A DNA stretch of 54,793 bases from Octopus sinensis. Taxonomy: Eukaryota. Location of the stretch: positions 1 to 54,793 of the forward strand of contig NW_021833975.1 of assembly GCF_006345805.1 (NCBI RefSeq). The letters run 5' to 3'. Every line of letters begins with the position of its first letter. Within the stretch, counting starts at the first letter, position 1. The translations under genes were made by a program, and so were the position numbers. Shown one piece after another: positions 37,410 through 50,660 of this stretch. The notes beneath the pieces were generated by a model. The model was not told the origin of the DNA. It ran no database searches and worked only from the letters and a program-made list of their open reading frames with translations.

Positions 37410-38139
37410 CATACATACATACATACATACATACTTATATCTATATATATATATAAGAAAAAGACGCTTATTCAGGTCAAATTAAACATCACCATCACCA
37501 TCACCATCATGATCATCACAATTATTCCTATCATCACCATTGACATTGTTGTTGTCGTTGTTGCTGTTGTTGTTGTTGTTCTTGTTATTGGTATCAGTTA
37601 CAGAGAAGCTATTTACAATTGACTCCAAACTACTTGCTTTATACGACGAGACACACTGCCACAAACACCCCCCCCCACACACAGACACAAAACACACAGA
37701 AATACACAGATACACATTATATATAAATGCATATCGTGTGTGTTGCTATGTATGCATGTCTATGTGTGTGTATAGATGTCTGAGTGTGTATACCTATATG
37801 TAGGTATGCATATTTTTCAAAATGTGAATATATTAATCACCAGCGGAACAGACAACTTTCAAAATGTCAGGCAATGGGTAAATGCCACCCTCAGAATAAA
37901 TAATTCCTCCTTATTTTTCGTTTTTTATATAGTCACATGGTCAGACCTATTGAGCTGAACAGTGCAATAGCAGGCATCGACCCCTATATTTCACAGTTAC
38001 TTTGTTTTATCACACCCCAGATTTTTGACAGGTAAATTTAAGTTGCAGCTCGGAGTGATTTTTAATCTGTGCATTGAGATCTGGGGGTTACCCGATTTAC
38101 TAAACGACCTGCCCAATTCTCTATCGCACTTTGGTTTTG

Positions 38140-38345
38140 GTTTACAATGTTGGATCATGGCTAGCAATGTCATTAATTGATTACATCATCCCTAGTCCTC
38201 ACCTGGTATTTATTTTATCGACTTTGAGGCGATAAAACGGCGAAGTCGATATGAGCGGAATTTGAACATGGATCGTAAAGATGGACGAAATTCAGTTAAG
38301 CATTTTGGCCCGGTGTGCTACCGATTCTCCCAGCACGCCGTCTCG
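38140..38345 (-). mobile_element. SINE family C, diverged
   Basis: ctggtatttattttatcgac...gaagtcgatatgagcggaatttgaac...ttaagcattttggcccggtgtgctaccgattc is the reverse complement of family C. Confidence 0.75.
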
Positions 38346-38749
38346 CCGGAAGTTGTTGTTAATAGCAGAAATACTGAAGAAGATTAAACTAATCCAGTTA
38401 TTACACACGCTGGCTTCTATAGACCGTCAATCAGTGCGCCATAAAACCGGAAGCCAACAAGAGGCGACAAACTGACTGGAGATGTATCCACACCACCAAC
38501 GATGTCAGAGAAATCTCTATGGGTAATCTCCATGGATTTTGACAGGAAATTACTCATATCCGTTTGTTGTAAGATGGACCAACAACTATTAAATTCGATT
38601 TCCCCTATGCATGTAGGACATTGCCTTGTTGTGATTTTAACGGTGTAAATAGGTTTTGCGTAAACGCTTGCAAATACTTTGCTATGGATACCTCCCTTTC
38701 CCTCTCCCTCTTTTTTACTTTCTATTCTATTCAAAAATGTTTGATCTTT

Positions 38750-38795
38750 CCCTTGGTTCACATATTCGACTGCGGCCATGCTGGAGCACCGCCTA
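38750..38795 (-). mobile_element. SINE family B tail fragment
   Basis: tcgactgcggccatgctggagcaccgcct. Confidence 0.65.
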
Positions 38796-39064
38796 AATAG
38801 TATATTCATCTCATGTAATCTTTTTTTTTTCATTCTTAAGAATTATTGTATGAACTTATTTTGTCGAACTGCTACGTTAAACGAACCCAAATTACATGCT
38901 AAGCGAGATGGGGAAAAATATCACAAATATAAGGAACATAAATGCACACACAAACACACACACAAACAAACACACACACACACACACACGCACACAATTT
39001 TTCTCTCATATGCACATGCAAACATACACATACACACACATACACACACATATTTATAGATGGG

Positions 39065-39180
39065 AAGAACTTCCGCATAGCATCTGTCCATCAAGTTAAT
39101 GGTCAGCTCGGAGTTATAGTTGAACACATTTCTCCATGGCGGCACGCAGTGGGGGGAGCATGAAACTGTTGGTTGCAAAG
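39065..39180 (-). mobile_element. SINE family B head, highly diverged
   Basis: ggtcagctcggagttatagttgaacacatttctccatggcggcacgcagtgggg...gttggttgcaaag. Confidence 0.5.
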
Positions 39181-39314
39181 AGATATAAAATATTCATACA
39201 ATCCCGCTCCTATATCTATCATTCTAGCTAGATAGCTATTCATCTACTTGTCTTTATATTTATGTTTATATAGCCCCTACACGCAATTTTTTTCTCTCCT
39301 TGTTTATTTTCTCT

Positions 39315-39450
39315 GTATTTTTCAGTCGAAGAGCGTAGGCTCGAAACGTAGAAGACTTGATTTATTTCTATCCTGAGCGCCATACAAATACATTGTTTGT
39401 TTGTACTCCACCTGCCTTCGTCTTTTGTTTATTTTCGTAAACCTTCCCGT
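39315..39450 (+). mobile_element. Penelope-type terminal-repeat fragment with a degenerate hammerhead
   Basis: cagtcgaagagcgtaggctcgaaacgtagaagac...cctgagcg...ccacctgccttcgtcttttgttt, then (TA)n. Confidence 0.6.
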
Positions 39451-39457
39451 TGTATAG

Positions 39458-39488
<31 letters not shown>

Positions 39489-39639
39489 ATATATATATAT
39501 CATACATATAGTTGTGGTTTCAGGATGAACCTTTTTCCAAAATAAACACACACGGACTAATATTCGCTCTTCACTCGTTTGTCACTGTTCTTATTTTAAC
39601 CCATGTCCGTTATTCGAAAATCTTTTGTCGCACAAATTC

Positions 39640-40040
<401 letters not shown>

Positions 40041-40084
40041 GTAACAACCAACAGTGCGGTGAACAGATAGAATATTTAGCTTGT

Positions 40085-40290
40085 CCGATAAAGTACCCAG
40101 CGGACTCAGTAGCATTTGAGTTTTCATTCCTAAGTCAAATCCTACTGAGTTCGACGTTGTCTTTCATTCTCGTGCAGTCAATAAAATGAGTAGCAGTTGA
40201 GTACTAGATTCGATGAAATCGACTCAACCCATTCTGCCCCACCCACCGAAAAATGCTGGCCTTGGGCCAAAATTTCCGATGTGTATTTCA
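40085..40290 (+). mobile_element. SINE family C, highly diverged
   Basis: aagtcaaatcctactgagttcgacgttgtctttcattc...aaaatgagtagcagttgagtact...aaatcgact...ctggccttgggccaaaattt. Confidence 0.6.
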
Positions 40291-40341
40291 TCGACTAAGA
40301 TAAAAGTAAAATAAAGGTTGTTTTTAATTTGTTCCATACAT

Positions 40342-40758
40342 AGGCGCAGGAGTGGCTGTGTGGTAAGTAGCTTGCTAACCAGCCACATGGTTCCGGGTTC
40401 GGTCCCACTGCGTGGCAACTTGGGCAAGTGTCTTCTGCTATAGGCCCGGGCCGACCAATGCCTTATGAGTGGATTTGGTAGACGGAAACTGAAAGAAGCC
40501 CGTCGTATATATGTGTATATATAAGTGTGTGTGTGTATATGTTTGTGTGTCTGTGTTTGTCCCCGTATCATTGCTTCACAACCGATGCTGGTGTGTTTAC
40601 GTCCCCGTCAATTAGCGGTTTGGCAAAAGAGACCGATAGAATAAGTACTGGGCTTACAAAGAATAAGTCCCGGGGTCGATTTGCTCGACTAAAGGCGGTG
40701 CTCCAGCATGGCCACAGTCAAATGACTGAAACAAGTAAAAAAGTAAAAGAGTAAAGAG
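40342..40758 (+). mobile_element. SINE family B, full copy
   Basis: Intact head, linker and tail. Confidence 0.92.
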
Positions 40759-41688
40759 GAAATGCATCGCGCAGTAAAAGAAGGGCTGAGAAACATAGTG
40801 TTTGTGTGAGTGTGTTAGACTCTGCACCGGTTTGGGTTTGTCTATGTGCATATATGTTTATATTTGACAGCATCCATGCAAATACATATTCATATATCGG
40901 TGTATATATGGATATGTATATATATATATATGTGTGTGTGTACATATATATATATATATTCAATGTATATGCATGTGGTTTTATATATCAATTACTTCAT
41001 GTCCATCACTCTGCCTCTCACTGTTTCTCTTTCTATCGTTTCATTTCTCCCTCTCTCTCTCACTATATATATATATACATACATATACACACATTTATGA
41101 ATGTGTGTGAGAGTTCTTGTGTGCATGTGTGTATGGTATTAAGCATTCATACGCATACATATGGCTCTATGAATAATTAAATATATATATATATAATATA
41201 TTATATATATATACATACACACACTTACACACACATAGTGTGTGTGCATATATAGATGTTATATATATATATATATATTATATATATATATATATACGTA
41301 TATGCTTGTGGGGAGATATCTTATTATTTAGGGAACTGAAATGAGTGTTGATAATTGATTTAAATATAGCTTTAGAGATAATTAACTTTGTTAATTAACT
41401 ACATGTTGACCTTTTTAAAGAAATCAATTCTATTGGGTGACCTTTGCATTTTGTCTATCGATGCGCTTTTAATTATCCCTTCCAGTTATCGGAATTTTAC
41501 CAATCAACGCTCTGGCTTCTAGCAAATATATTAACTCTTTTTGAAGTTTTCAAAATTTTTCAATAATAACTTGCAAAATCCCAAATGGAAAATATAAGGA
41601 AAGACAGGAACTAATTAAGGACTATATCCCCAGCCCCCACAGACAAGCACTCACAATATTTTATTTAGATATATACATATATTTATAA

Positions 41689-41730
<42 letters not shown>

Positions 41731-41764
41731 TAATATATATAAAATAATAATAATACTAATAATA

Positions 41765-41805
<41 letters not shown>

Positions 41806-42262
41806 GGCTACAGCAAATATTCTGCTCAATACCACAGATTTGCTTGTCAGTTGTTTGACCTTAACCAGTTGAGCATGTCCCTTAGTGGCTGACGATATGT
41901 GCATCTCTGATCACGAGCAGGAGTAGTGGGGGAGCATCATAGCCATGTGTTGAGAGGGATTTTTTGGAGTATGAATAATTCACCTCTGGAAACATAGGTG
42001 GTTCTTTCAACATCCTTAAACAACCCTTATTCGGGGACCTTTTGAGTGGGATGGGCTACTCGACCTGAAGAAAATTCTAACTGGGCCCCACCTGCAAGGT
42101 CATGCACTGTTTATCTTGATATGAGATCACCATGTCGCGCACATATGGTTGTGATGCATGTGCCTGGTGTACCCTTATCAGACGAGTAGTCATGATGGGT
42201 ATATTGGGCTTCGTATATTTTACCTCAGTGTCACTTTAATGGCATGAACCACTCTCTCACTC
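41806..42262 (+). mobile_element. 457-bp non-coding element flanked by (AAT)n on both sides
   Basis: (AAT)n at about 41745-41805 and 42263-42278. A reverse-oriented partial copy at 54263-54410 also abuts (ATT)n. Confidence 0.8.
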
Positions 42263-42370
42263 AATAATAATAATAATAGGGAATATAATTCCAGAACTTA
42301 CAGGGAGAAATTCAATTTGATAATTTAAAATTAAGTTTCACATTATATAATATACGTATTAATTTAAAGA

Positions 42371-42508
42371 AAAACCTCTATTAAACAATTCAATAATGAA
42401 AGATGTTATTCACACCATATAGACTTTTAGAGTAAGGTTTTTATAGTATATGCTTTCTATATGGTCTGAATAACATCTTTTATTAATGAATTGTTTAATA
42501 GAGGCTTT
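42371..42508. repeat. Inverted repeat, probable small MITE (about 53-bp arms, 32-bp spacer)
   Basis: cctctattaaacaattcaataatgaaagatgttattcacaccatataga versus tctatatggtctgaataacatctttattaatgaattgtttaatagagg. Confidence 0.8.
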
Positions 42509-42761
42509 GTAAGACAGTACAAGAGACATTCCTCCCCATCACAACGAGAAACTATAAAATGATTAAAATCCCCAGCAAAGGAACTTATTTTCATTTGGAA
42601 ACCCCACTAGAATGGGAGAAAGCGCTAATGAACTAAGTGATATGATATATATGTAAAAAATGTAATATATAAATAAATATCTGTAAATACAAACCATCCG
42701 ATCTTCTGATTACCTCATTTCTTCTAATATATAATACCTGTACATCATCCCCAAACCTTCC

Positions 42762-42804
<43 letters not shown>

Positions 42805-43383
42805 TGTACACGTTTACGTGTATATTTATATATGCATATGCACGTACACTCAAATATGTGTATGCTTGTGTGAGTGTGTGTTAGTGCATTTGTCGAACGA
42901 ACCTGAAAGGCGTACTCATTGCAGGTTATAGAGTATATTATATAAGGAAAACGAATGTTTACCTCACTACTCGAGTTTCCTGTCATCGCGACTTTCGGGA
43001 AAACGTATTGAATGGCTATGAAACAGCATATACTAGAAAAGCCAGTTGTATCTCTAAAGAAGCAAACTGAGTCGATGTTTTGTGGCTACACATGATGCCC
43101 CCTACTGGCAAACTTTAATCACATCGCTCTTAATATTAACTCATAAATTCATTATCCAACACGTACCAACATCTTCCTGCTTCGTTTCACCTTCCAACAC
43201 CCAGTTCTAAGTTATGAGTTGTTAACGTTTCTATTAATTAATTTCATTAATTCTAAGTTGAGTGCCACTATGAACTTTCCAAAATCTACAGATTAAACCT
43301 CCATCTAGTGCAGCGTCTACACACATTACCCATTAACATTCAGTTAGTAGAGAAACAAGGAAATTAATTAGGACATAGATAAG

Positions 43384-43870
43384 TATTGGGTTGTCCGGAA
43401 AGTTCGTGACGATTTTTAAAGGAAAGAAAAAGGTCAATAAATACATTACATTTTTAATCAACCAACTACGAACCATTTTGTTGCGCAATGCGTCTCCATC
43501 TTTCCTTTAACTTGAAAATACCCTCTTCCCAGAATTGAGTTGGTTTCATTGCAAAGAATTCATCAAGGTCAATAAATACTTGTCATTACATTTTTAATCA
43601 ACCAAATATGAACCATTTTGTTGTGCAAATGCGTCTCCATCTTTCCTTTAACTTGAAAATACCCTCTTCCCAGAATTTGGGGTGGTTTCATGGCTAAGAA
43701 TTCATCAAGGTATCTTGTTACGTCATCCAAAGAATTGAAATGTTTACCATTAAGACTACCCTACAGAGACCTGAATAAGTAAAAATCCGAAGGAGCAACA
43801 TCTGGTGAATATGGACGGTGGGGTAACACATCCCAGCCGAGCTGCAGCAATTTTTGTCTGGTTCCCAAAG
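43384..43870 (-). pseudogene. Mariner transposase C-terminal remnant with TIR and internal tandem duplication
   Basis: Minus-strand WDVLPHRPYSPDVAPSDFYLFRSL*GSLNGKHFNSLDDVTRYLDEFLA...FWEEGIFKLKERWRRI (YSPDxAPSD motif). TIR starts TAttgggttgtccggaaag at 43384. Confidence 0.9.
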
Positions 43871-44039
43871 TGCCGAAAATGAACTTTCTTATCTTCCATT
43901 TTAAAGTGTTACAGAATTAACACAGGTTATAGGAACATAAAACTTCTTCCACGAAAAGATAGCTTAAACTGTGCTCTAAATGGAGGTGTAGTTAAATCCT
44001 ATTGTATGGACTCAACCATGTTGTGATATAAGTCGAGAG

Positions 44040-44157
44040 TCATTGTTCGATCCCAGGCTATAGTAGGAGAAACTTGCCCAAGGTGCCGCGTAGTTGGACT
44101 GTACTCGGCACCAAGTGTTTGCGAATCGAAATTCTTACCCACACGGCCGTGACTGTA
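44040..44157 (-). mobile_element. SINE family B head, diverged
   Basis: aggctatagtaggagaaacttgcccaaggtgccgcgtagttggactg...cttacccacacggcc. Confidence 0.65.
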
Positions 44158-45070
44158 ATTAGTTCAAAGATCACTATTGGAAAAACTAGACGAAGATAAT
44201 AAAGTAATAAGGTATATTAACGAAAACTATCATTAGATTTCACTAAGTTTATTATTAATTTACTCACTAGCAACGCAGTTAATATAATTTTATCACAATC
44301 TCTGTCGGCATTACAAACCAAAAACGAGACGACGTAATGCTAGATAAACGGTGCTTTAAGATCTCGACGTCGTACGACATCCTGTGATGTTTACATCGCC
44401 ATTAGGCTATGTTCAATTCTGAAGGCTAAATCCAAAAATAGCGTTCCAAACTGTTACATGTGAATTTGGTTAGCATGTAGAATGTAAAGTGTTGACAGTT
44501 TAATCTACTCTAACGTGATCGGCTGGAAATGTTAATCTTTCATGAAGACTGGTATGCAACATGTCGAAAAGATGTGAGACATATAATAGCTGTTGAGACT
44601 GTTGTGGCTGGAAGTTATTCCATCTGAGTGAAACGCTGTGCTTTGCAGATTGTCGAAAGAAAATAGAACTTGTGAAATCGGCTGAAGCTGTAAAATCTGC
44701 GATTGTAATAAATGCATTGGATAGAAGGACATGTTCTCTCGCTTTCGAATATATAATACTAAGGCGCTGAGGTGGGGTTAACGCACTTTATTTTAACAGA
44801 AATTCTCTTTAAATATGTAAATATATTCATTACTCAAGTGTTACGAAGCAGTTTTATTCTTTCTTTTATTACTTACATCCGCAACAATCCATTGTAAAGT
44901 CTGTTCTTTTATAGTGAATGGTCAACGTGTTAGCGACAAGGAATCCGACATTTTTCTTTGGAATATGCCAGAAGCAGCGAAAACTTTTCGAAGGTGTGTA
45001 CACTGTTGTAACAAGTTTTAACACAATGCCAGCAATTTTGAGGTGGCTGAGAAGTCGGTCACGTTACCCT

Positions 45071-45218
45071 ATTTATTTATTTATTTATGCACCCTTTTCA
45101 AGCCTAGCCAGGCTCATGGGCCCGGTTTCCCGGTCCCTGCGACCAGACCATCGCAGCGTTACTCAAGAAGCAGGAAGAAAGAGTGAGAGAAAGTTGGGGC
45201 AAAGGAGTAGAACAGGGG
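45071..45218 (-). mobile_element. SINE family A core with tail type 3 and (TAAA)n end, cut by a MITE
   Basis: Reverse complement cccctgttctactcctttgccccaactttctctcactcttt...accgggaaaccgggcccatgagcctggctaggcttgaaaagggtgcataaataaataaat. Confidence 0.78.
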
Positions 45219-45517
45219 TATACTGTTGTGTCTGGGGCGAGTCATTTCTTGTTGTGCCTTATAATGTAACACACTCACCGGTAAAATGTCCACTTTTTTC
45301 TTATTTTTATTTACCTAAAATTTTCGTGCGTCTTGCAACCTTTTCAGTCGTCTTAACTCTCAGGTCAATTGAAAGAGAGTCAAGACTACTGAAAAGGATG
45401 CATGACGTAACGAAAATTTTAGGAAAATAAAAATAAGAAATAAGTGGAAATTTTACCGGTGAGTGTGTTACGTTATAAGGCACAATAAGAAAATGACTCT
45501 CTCCAGATACAACAGTG

Positions 45518-45520
<3 letters not shown>
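45219..45520. mobile_element. Fold-back MITE (about 298 bp) with TA target-site duplication
   Basis: Nearly the whole element is self-complementary: TA-tactgttgtgtctgg...gtgccttataa...cactcaccggtaaaat versus attttaccggtgagtg...ttataaggcac...ccagatacaacagtg-TA. Confidence 0.88.
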
Positions 45521-45616
<96 letters not shown>

Positions 45617-47839
45617 TAATATATATACACTGTTCTTAGAATTTAAATCGACATCTTTGTCTATATATCTACCTTCTCTATAATGTTATCAATTGGTATG
45701 AATATTATGTATTAATGTGAAACCTCTACTAGTGGCTGATGATTGCTCAACATTTTAAAACAGTTGTAATACTTACAATATTCAATAAAATGATGTAGCG
45801 TGAAACGATCGTACCAAATTACCGAAGTTATTCTTGTTGCTTATTTTTGATTTTATATATATATACTGCTGCTAGACGTTAGTTAATTTTTATATAAAAG
45901 CACACAAATTGGTCGTTATATTTCTCATATCCACAAAACGGAGTAAATCATTTTTCCGTGAAGATAGGAAGAAATTTGACTTCGGAAGGGAGTGAGTATC
46001 TAAGTAATTTCTTTGAATACCAAACTGTGTATAAAGTCGTAGAATACACTGAGGCAGTGAGAGACAGAACTACAGCTGCAGCTGTATAAGCATCGGTGTT
46101 GTTGTCATATAGAAATAATTAGTTTCATCAGATTCTAGACAAAACAATATTGACAGTGTGAGCTGATATAATTTAATAATCGCAGTAATTGCTTGCTTCA
46201 CCTGTGAAAAATCCTGCCCGTAACCACAGACATCTCACCTTCCTCGCGGCATATTGTCTTATTCGATTTCCTGAAATTACTGTACTTACCAGTTGCTTGC
46301 ATAGGACATGACTCGATCTTTCAGATTGTGCTGTTTCGATATAATATTTACATACCTTAAGGCGTCCCATATAAAATGTAATGAGTTTGGAAACTTTGAG
46401 ACACCGAAGTCACATACAAAAATAATGGTCTAGAGATATTTACAGACCATAAAGAATAAGCAAAAGGTAAATCTCCAACAAAAAAAATCAAAGAATTGTA
46501 ATTTTTTCAAAATAGACAAATTGCAGATAGAAATCAATGTTCCCTATACACCAAACTTGCTAAAATATATATTGATTTCGCAAATTGTTCTAAAATAAAG
46601 ATTCAGTCTCATCTTTCTACATTGTCTTTACGTTCCAAACATTTCAAGTTTTTCTATTAAAGTTTAATTGGTTCTGATCTGTGAACTCATCGAAGAGTAA
46701 CATATATCGCAACGTATCTAGTCCCGAATTCTGACGATTCTGTCAAACCATTGTCATATGCTGTTGTGCATTATCGTGGAAGATTATATTACGAATATCT
46801 ATAAAGAGTATTTACCAAAATATGAGCCGGGATTTACATAATCAATGGCTTGTTAGTTCCCGAAATATGAACGACAGCAAAATAGAAATTATTTATCAAA
46901 TATTCTATTTGGTTCTTCAGTGACATTTGAAAATAAACTTAGTTTACTAACCTTCCTAGACACTTCATAATAATCAGATGCTTGTAGATTTACGGCGTAA
47001 CAATGAATTATTCAACATTATGAAATCCGCTAAATATCCGCTTAGCAATTTTTGGAATTTAGTCGCTAGTAGAAGTAAAATTATCTTCGTTAACAGCAAA
47101 TAAAATAATGTTTAAGACGACACCGTTTTATCAGAGATTGATTATTTTTAATCCTTTCAGATAGAATGATCTACATATAGGACTTGAAATAGACTCCGCA
47201 ATATCCTATGGTTTAACACCCCTTTGTACCTTACTGTAAAGAGTAAATTAAATACGGGCATTACTAACCGAATTAATAATGGCACTTTCAGAAATACATC
47301 ACCCTCCACACACATAGCTTTTTGACTTGTACATCAGTAACTAAATTGTGGCCCTCCTGGGGGTAAAGGCCTTGGGGTGTTTCAGAGAACAACTCCACCC
47401 CAGTACTTACTTTTAAACCTCGTACATATCCAAAAGGACTCCCCTGTTGGAACCGCCAGGCAGCGTGGCCTTAGACACACAAACACTAGTCGTCAGGCAG
47501 CAGGAGTGACACCAACCCGTACCCACAAATTACTGGATTAACAGGAAATAATATGGACAGGTGATTGTGTACGCATAAGGAATAAGGATTCATGTAATAT
47601 CGAGATAAACGGTTTTCTATCTTTATTGTACACGAGAGACAGCTTTATTCTATGTCTCTTTCATTTGAGATAACAGGACCTCTATCTGTGCTTGCTTTCG
47701 CTTATTTCAGTTATGGTATGTGGCCATGCAGAACCATGGAAGATTTGGTTGTGTAAATATGGTAGTGGTAAAGGTCTGCTTAGGTCATCGTTACTTTATG
47801 CTGTAGGTGGACAGGCTAAAATCGAGAATGAAATCTCCC

Positions 47840-48125
47840 ATGTTTCATAACTTTACGCCTCGAAAATAATCGACATATTGGTACTAAGGACGTGATTAGA
47901 ATGTACCAAGAAAGAATCGAGAGATTCTTGAAGGGGAGCCAACAGGAAGGAGATCTATCGGTGACCCAAGGAAGAGATGTTTGGATAATATCCAAAGTAT
48001 CGACAAGGAATACAGTCGGGAAGAGAAATGACAGCTGCTTCTGATAGGTTCCCGTGGAGGAAGTACCTGGGTAATCTACCCCCAACGATTCTTACACACA
48101 CAGTGAGACGAGAAAATAAATAATG
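47840..48125 (+). pseudogene. RTE-type LINE 3' end remnant
   Basis: Frameshifted pieces DVIRMYQERI, ILEGEPTGRRSIGDPRKRCLDNI and ASDRFPWRKYL match the typical RTE C-terminal G.RP.GRPRKRW.D motif. Confidence 0.7.
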
Positions 48126-48750
48126 GATAGATGGATGGATGGATGGATGGACAGACAAACAGACAAAACAGACAAATTGACAGACGGACGGACGGATGGA
48201 CAGGTAGACAGAGAGATAGAAAGATAGATTGACATACATACTGACAGACACACGGACGAACAGACAGACAGAGGGACGGGCGGACAGGCGGATGGATGGT
48301 CAGGCAGATAGACAGAGAGAGAGACAGACAGACAGACAGACAGCTAGATAGACAAACATACATACATACATACTGACAGACAGACGGACGAACAGAGAGT
48401 CAGACAGACGAGCGGAAGAACAGATGGATGGATGGATGGATGGATGGATGTATGGTTAGATGGACAGAAATACAGAAAAAACAGAAAAATAGAGAGACGG
48501 ACGGACGGATGGGTGGACAGGCAGACATACATACATATATACATACATACACACATACACATACACATACACATACATACATGCATGCATACATACATAC
48601 ACACATACCTACATACATACATACATACATACATACGTACATACATACATACATACATACATACATACATACATACATACTGACAGACACAGGGACGAAC
48701 AGACAGACAGATGGGCACACGGGCGGACAGATGGATGGATGGATGGACGA
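48124..48750. repeat. (GATG)n/(GACA)n/(CATA)n compound array
   Basis: Read directly. Confidence 0.95.
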
Positions 48751-49121
48751 TGTTAAAAACATCTATAAATGTCAGGATGTTCAATGACAAAAACTCATTT
48801 ATTCATAATCACCTCGATCGATAATGACTTGGGGGCAACAGTTACAACATCGTCATCAACAACAACAACAACAACCACAACAATAACAACAAGAACAGCA
48901 CAATCATCATAACATATACGAGCAAGAAGGCGAAAAGTTGTGAAACTTTTTAGCTTGCCGGTTTAAAAGTACATCAGGTTTGTAAACAAAGTCAAGCGAA
49001 TGAGTCCTCTTTGTCATGTTTGATCTTTGTCGATATTGATTGGGCTTAGTCCTATATCGATACTTTAAAAATAAACTGCAAGACCAATTAGTAAACAAGG
49101 ACACACAGACACACTTGCTTA

Positions 49122-49191
<70 letters not shown>

Positions 49192-49269
49192 ATATATATA
49201 GGCATTTACAACAACGTGCCTACATATACACATATGTATAAGACAAAGTATATATGTAAAAATATTGGA

Positions 49270-49304
<35 letters not shown>

Positions 49305-49667
49305 CTTACACGTTCACAGACAGATATATCTGTGTGTGTATGCATACACACATATGGCTGTGTGTGTAACCACACACAAACGTACACAGGCACGAGTCGA
49401 TATATTGAATTCAGCTTTGTCTTCCTTTCTGTCTCTCATAGTGTTTTTCACTGTCTCACCACTTCTTACTCGGATACAAAGAAACGTTTAACCACACACA
49501 AACACACATATATACTACACAAGCACACACACGCGCGCGTGTAAATACGCGCATGCGCGCGAGCAGACACACATACTTATACAGCTACATCCATACGTAA
49601 ATAAACGCATAGAGAGAAGTAAACATAAGTAAACACATGTACACACACACATGCAGATATGTATGTA

Positions 49668-49728
<61 letters not shown>

Positions 49729-49739
49729 CAATATGTGAC

Positions 49740-49935
49740 CGCGTGTACTTCGTTGGCGAATTCCTTTCTCCGTCTTCCCTTCCTTGGTCATTTCTTTTTT
49801 CTATGTTTCTGATGAAGAGCTCCGCTCGAAACGTTAAATCCTTCTTCTTTCTTTCCTTTCCTGAGCGTCCAGTAACACTATAATTCTTCCACGTTCTCGC
49901 GTTGTTATGTTCTCTTTGTTGTGCTTTGAATTAAC
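49740..49935 (+). mobile_element. Penelope-type terminal-repeat fragment
   Basis: Pyrimidine-rich lead-in, hammerhead core, then cctgagcgtc... and (TA)n. Confidence 0.6.
49806..49838 (+). ncRNA. Minimal (dimer-type) hammerhead ribozyme with intact core
   Basis: UUU, CUGAUGA (49809-15), extra A, GAGC UCC GCUC, GAA, palindromic ACGU, U, AAA. Stem I is only about 3-4 bp. Confidence 0.55.
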
Positions 49936-50100
49936 TATATATACATACATACATAAAAAACACACAAACATATATATTTATATTATATATATATATATGT
50001 GTATGCGTGTGTGTGTGTGTGTGTGTCTGTGTGTCTGTGTGTGTGTGTGTGTGTCTGTGTGTGTATGTGAGTATGTATAGGTAAATTTATATTATATATT

Positions 50101-50660
50101 ATGAAACGTCGTACAGCTGTAGAGGTATTTGACCATACCCTCCTCCAAGACATAAAAAATCATAACACACACTTGGATACAGTGACGATTCTTGCAGGAG
50201 ATTTTCGTCGAACTTTGCCAGTTACTCCTAAAGGATCAAGAGCTGGTGAAGTCAATGCATGCTTTAAACAATTGCATCTTTGGAGACATGTGAAAAAACT
50301 TTATCTTACAAGCAATATCAGTGAACTTCTAGAAGGTGATCAGACGAGGTTCTTAAGATTGGCAATGGGGTATTAAGATTCAACTCAAGACTTCAGCTAG
50401 ATGGAATTACATGCGGTCAAATGATACTTTCTCTTAGGGATCTTATGGATAAAATATTTCCTAATTTATCTATCAATTCCACTCATGTACACTGGCAGTG
50501 TGAAAGAGCTATACTGGCTCCAACTAATGAAATGGTTGATAAATTCAATCATGCACTTCTTCAAAAGTTAAGTTACATCAGAATTGACTTTTCGATCAAT
50601 TGACAACAATCGATCGATAGCGGGTTGTTCGATACCCTGGTAAATTTCCGATCACATTTA
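50101..50660 (+). pseudogene. Helitron PIF1-like helicase remnant
   Basis: ORFs contain ILAGDFRRTLPV...GSRAGEVNACFKQLHLWRHVKKLYLTSN and LMDKIFPNL...HWQCERAILAPTNEMVDKFN (PIF1 LxGDFRQxLPV and ERAILAPxN motifs). Confidence 0.85.

Noticed and set aside
46560-47330. Decayed viral or transposon ORF in a non-repetitive AT-rich block
   Set aside because: All frames I translated had frequent stops and no motif; it cannot be supported without a search.
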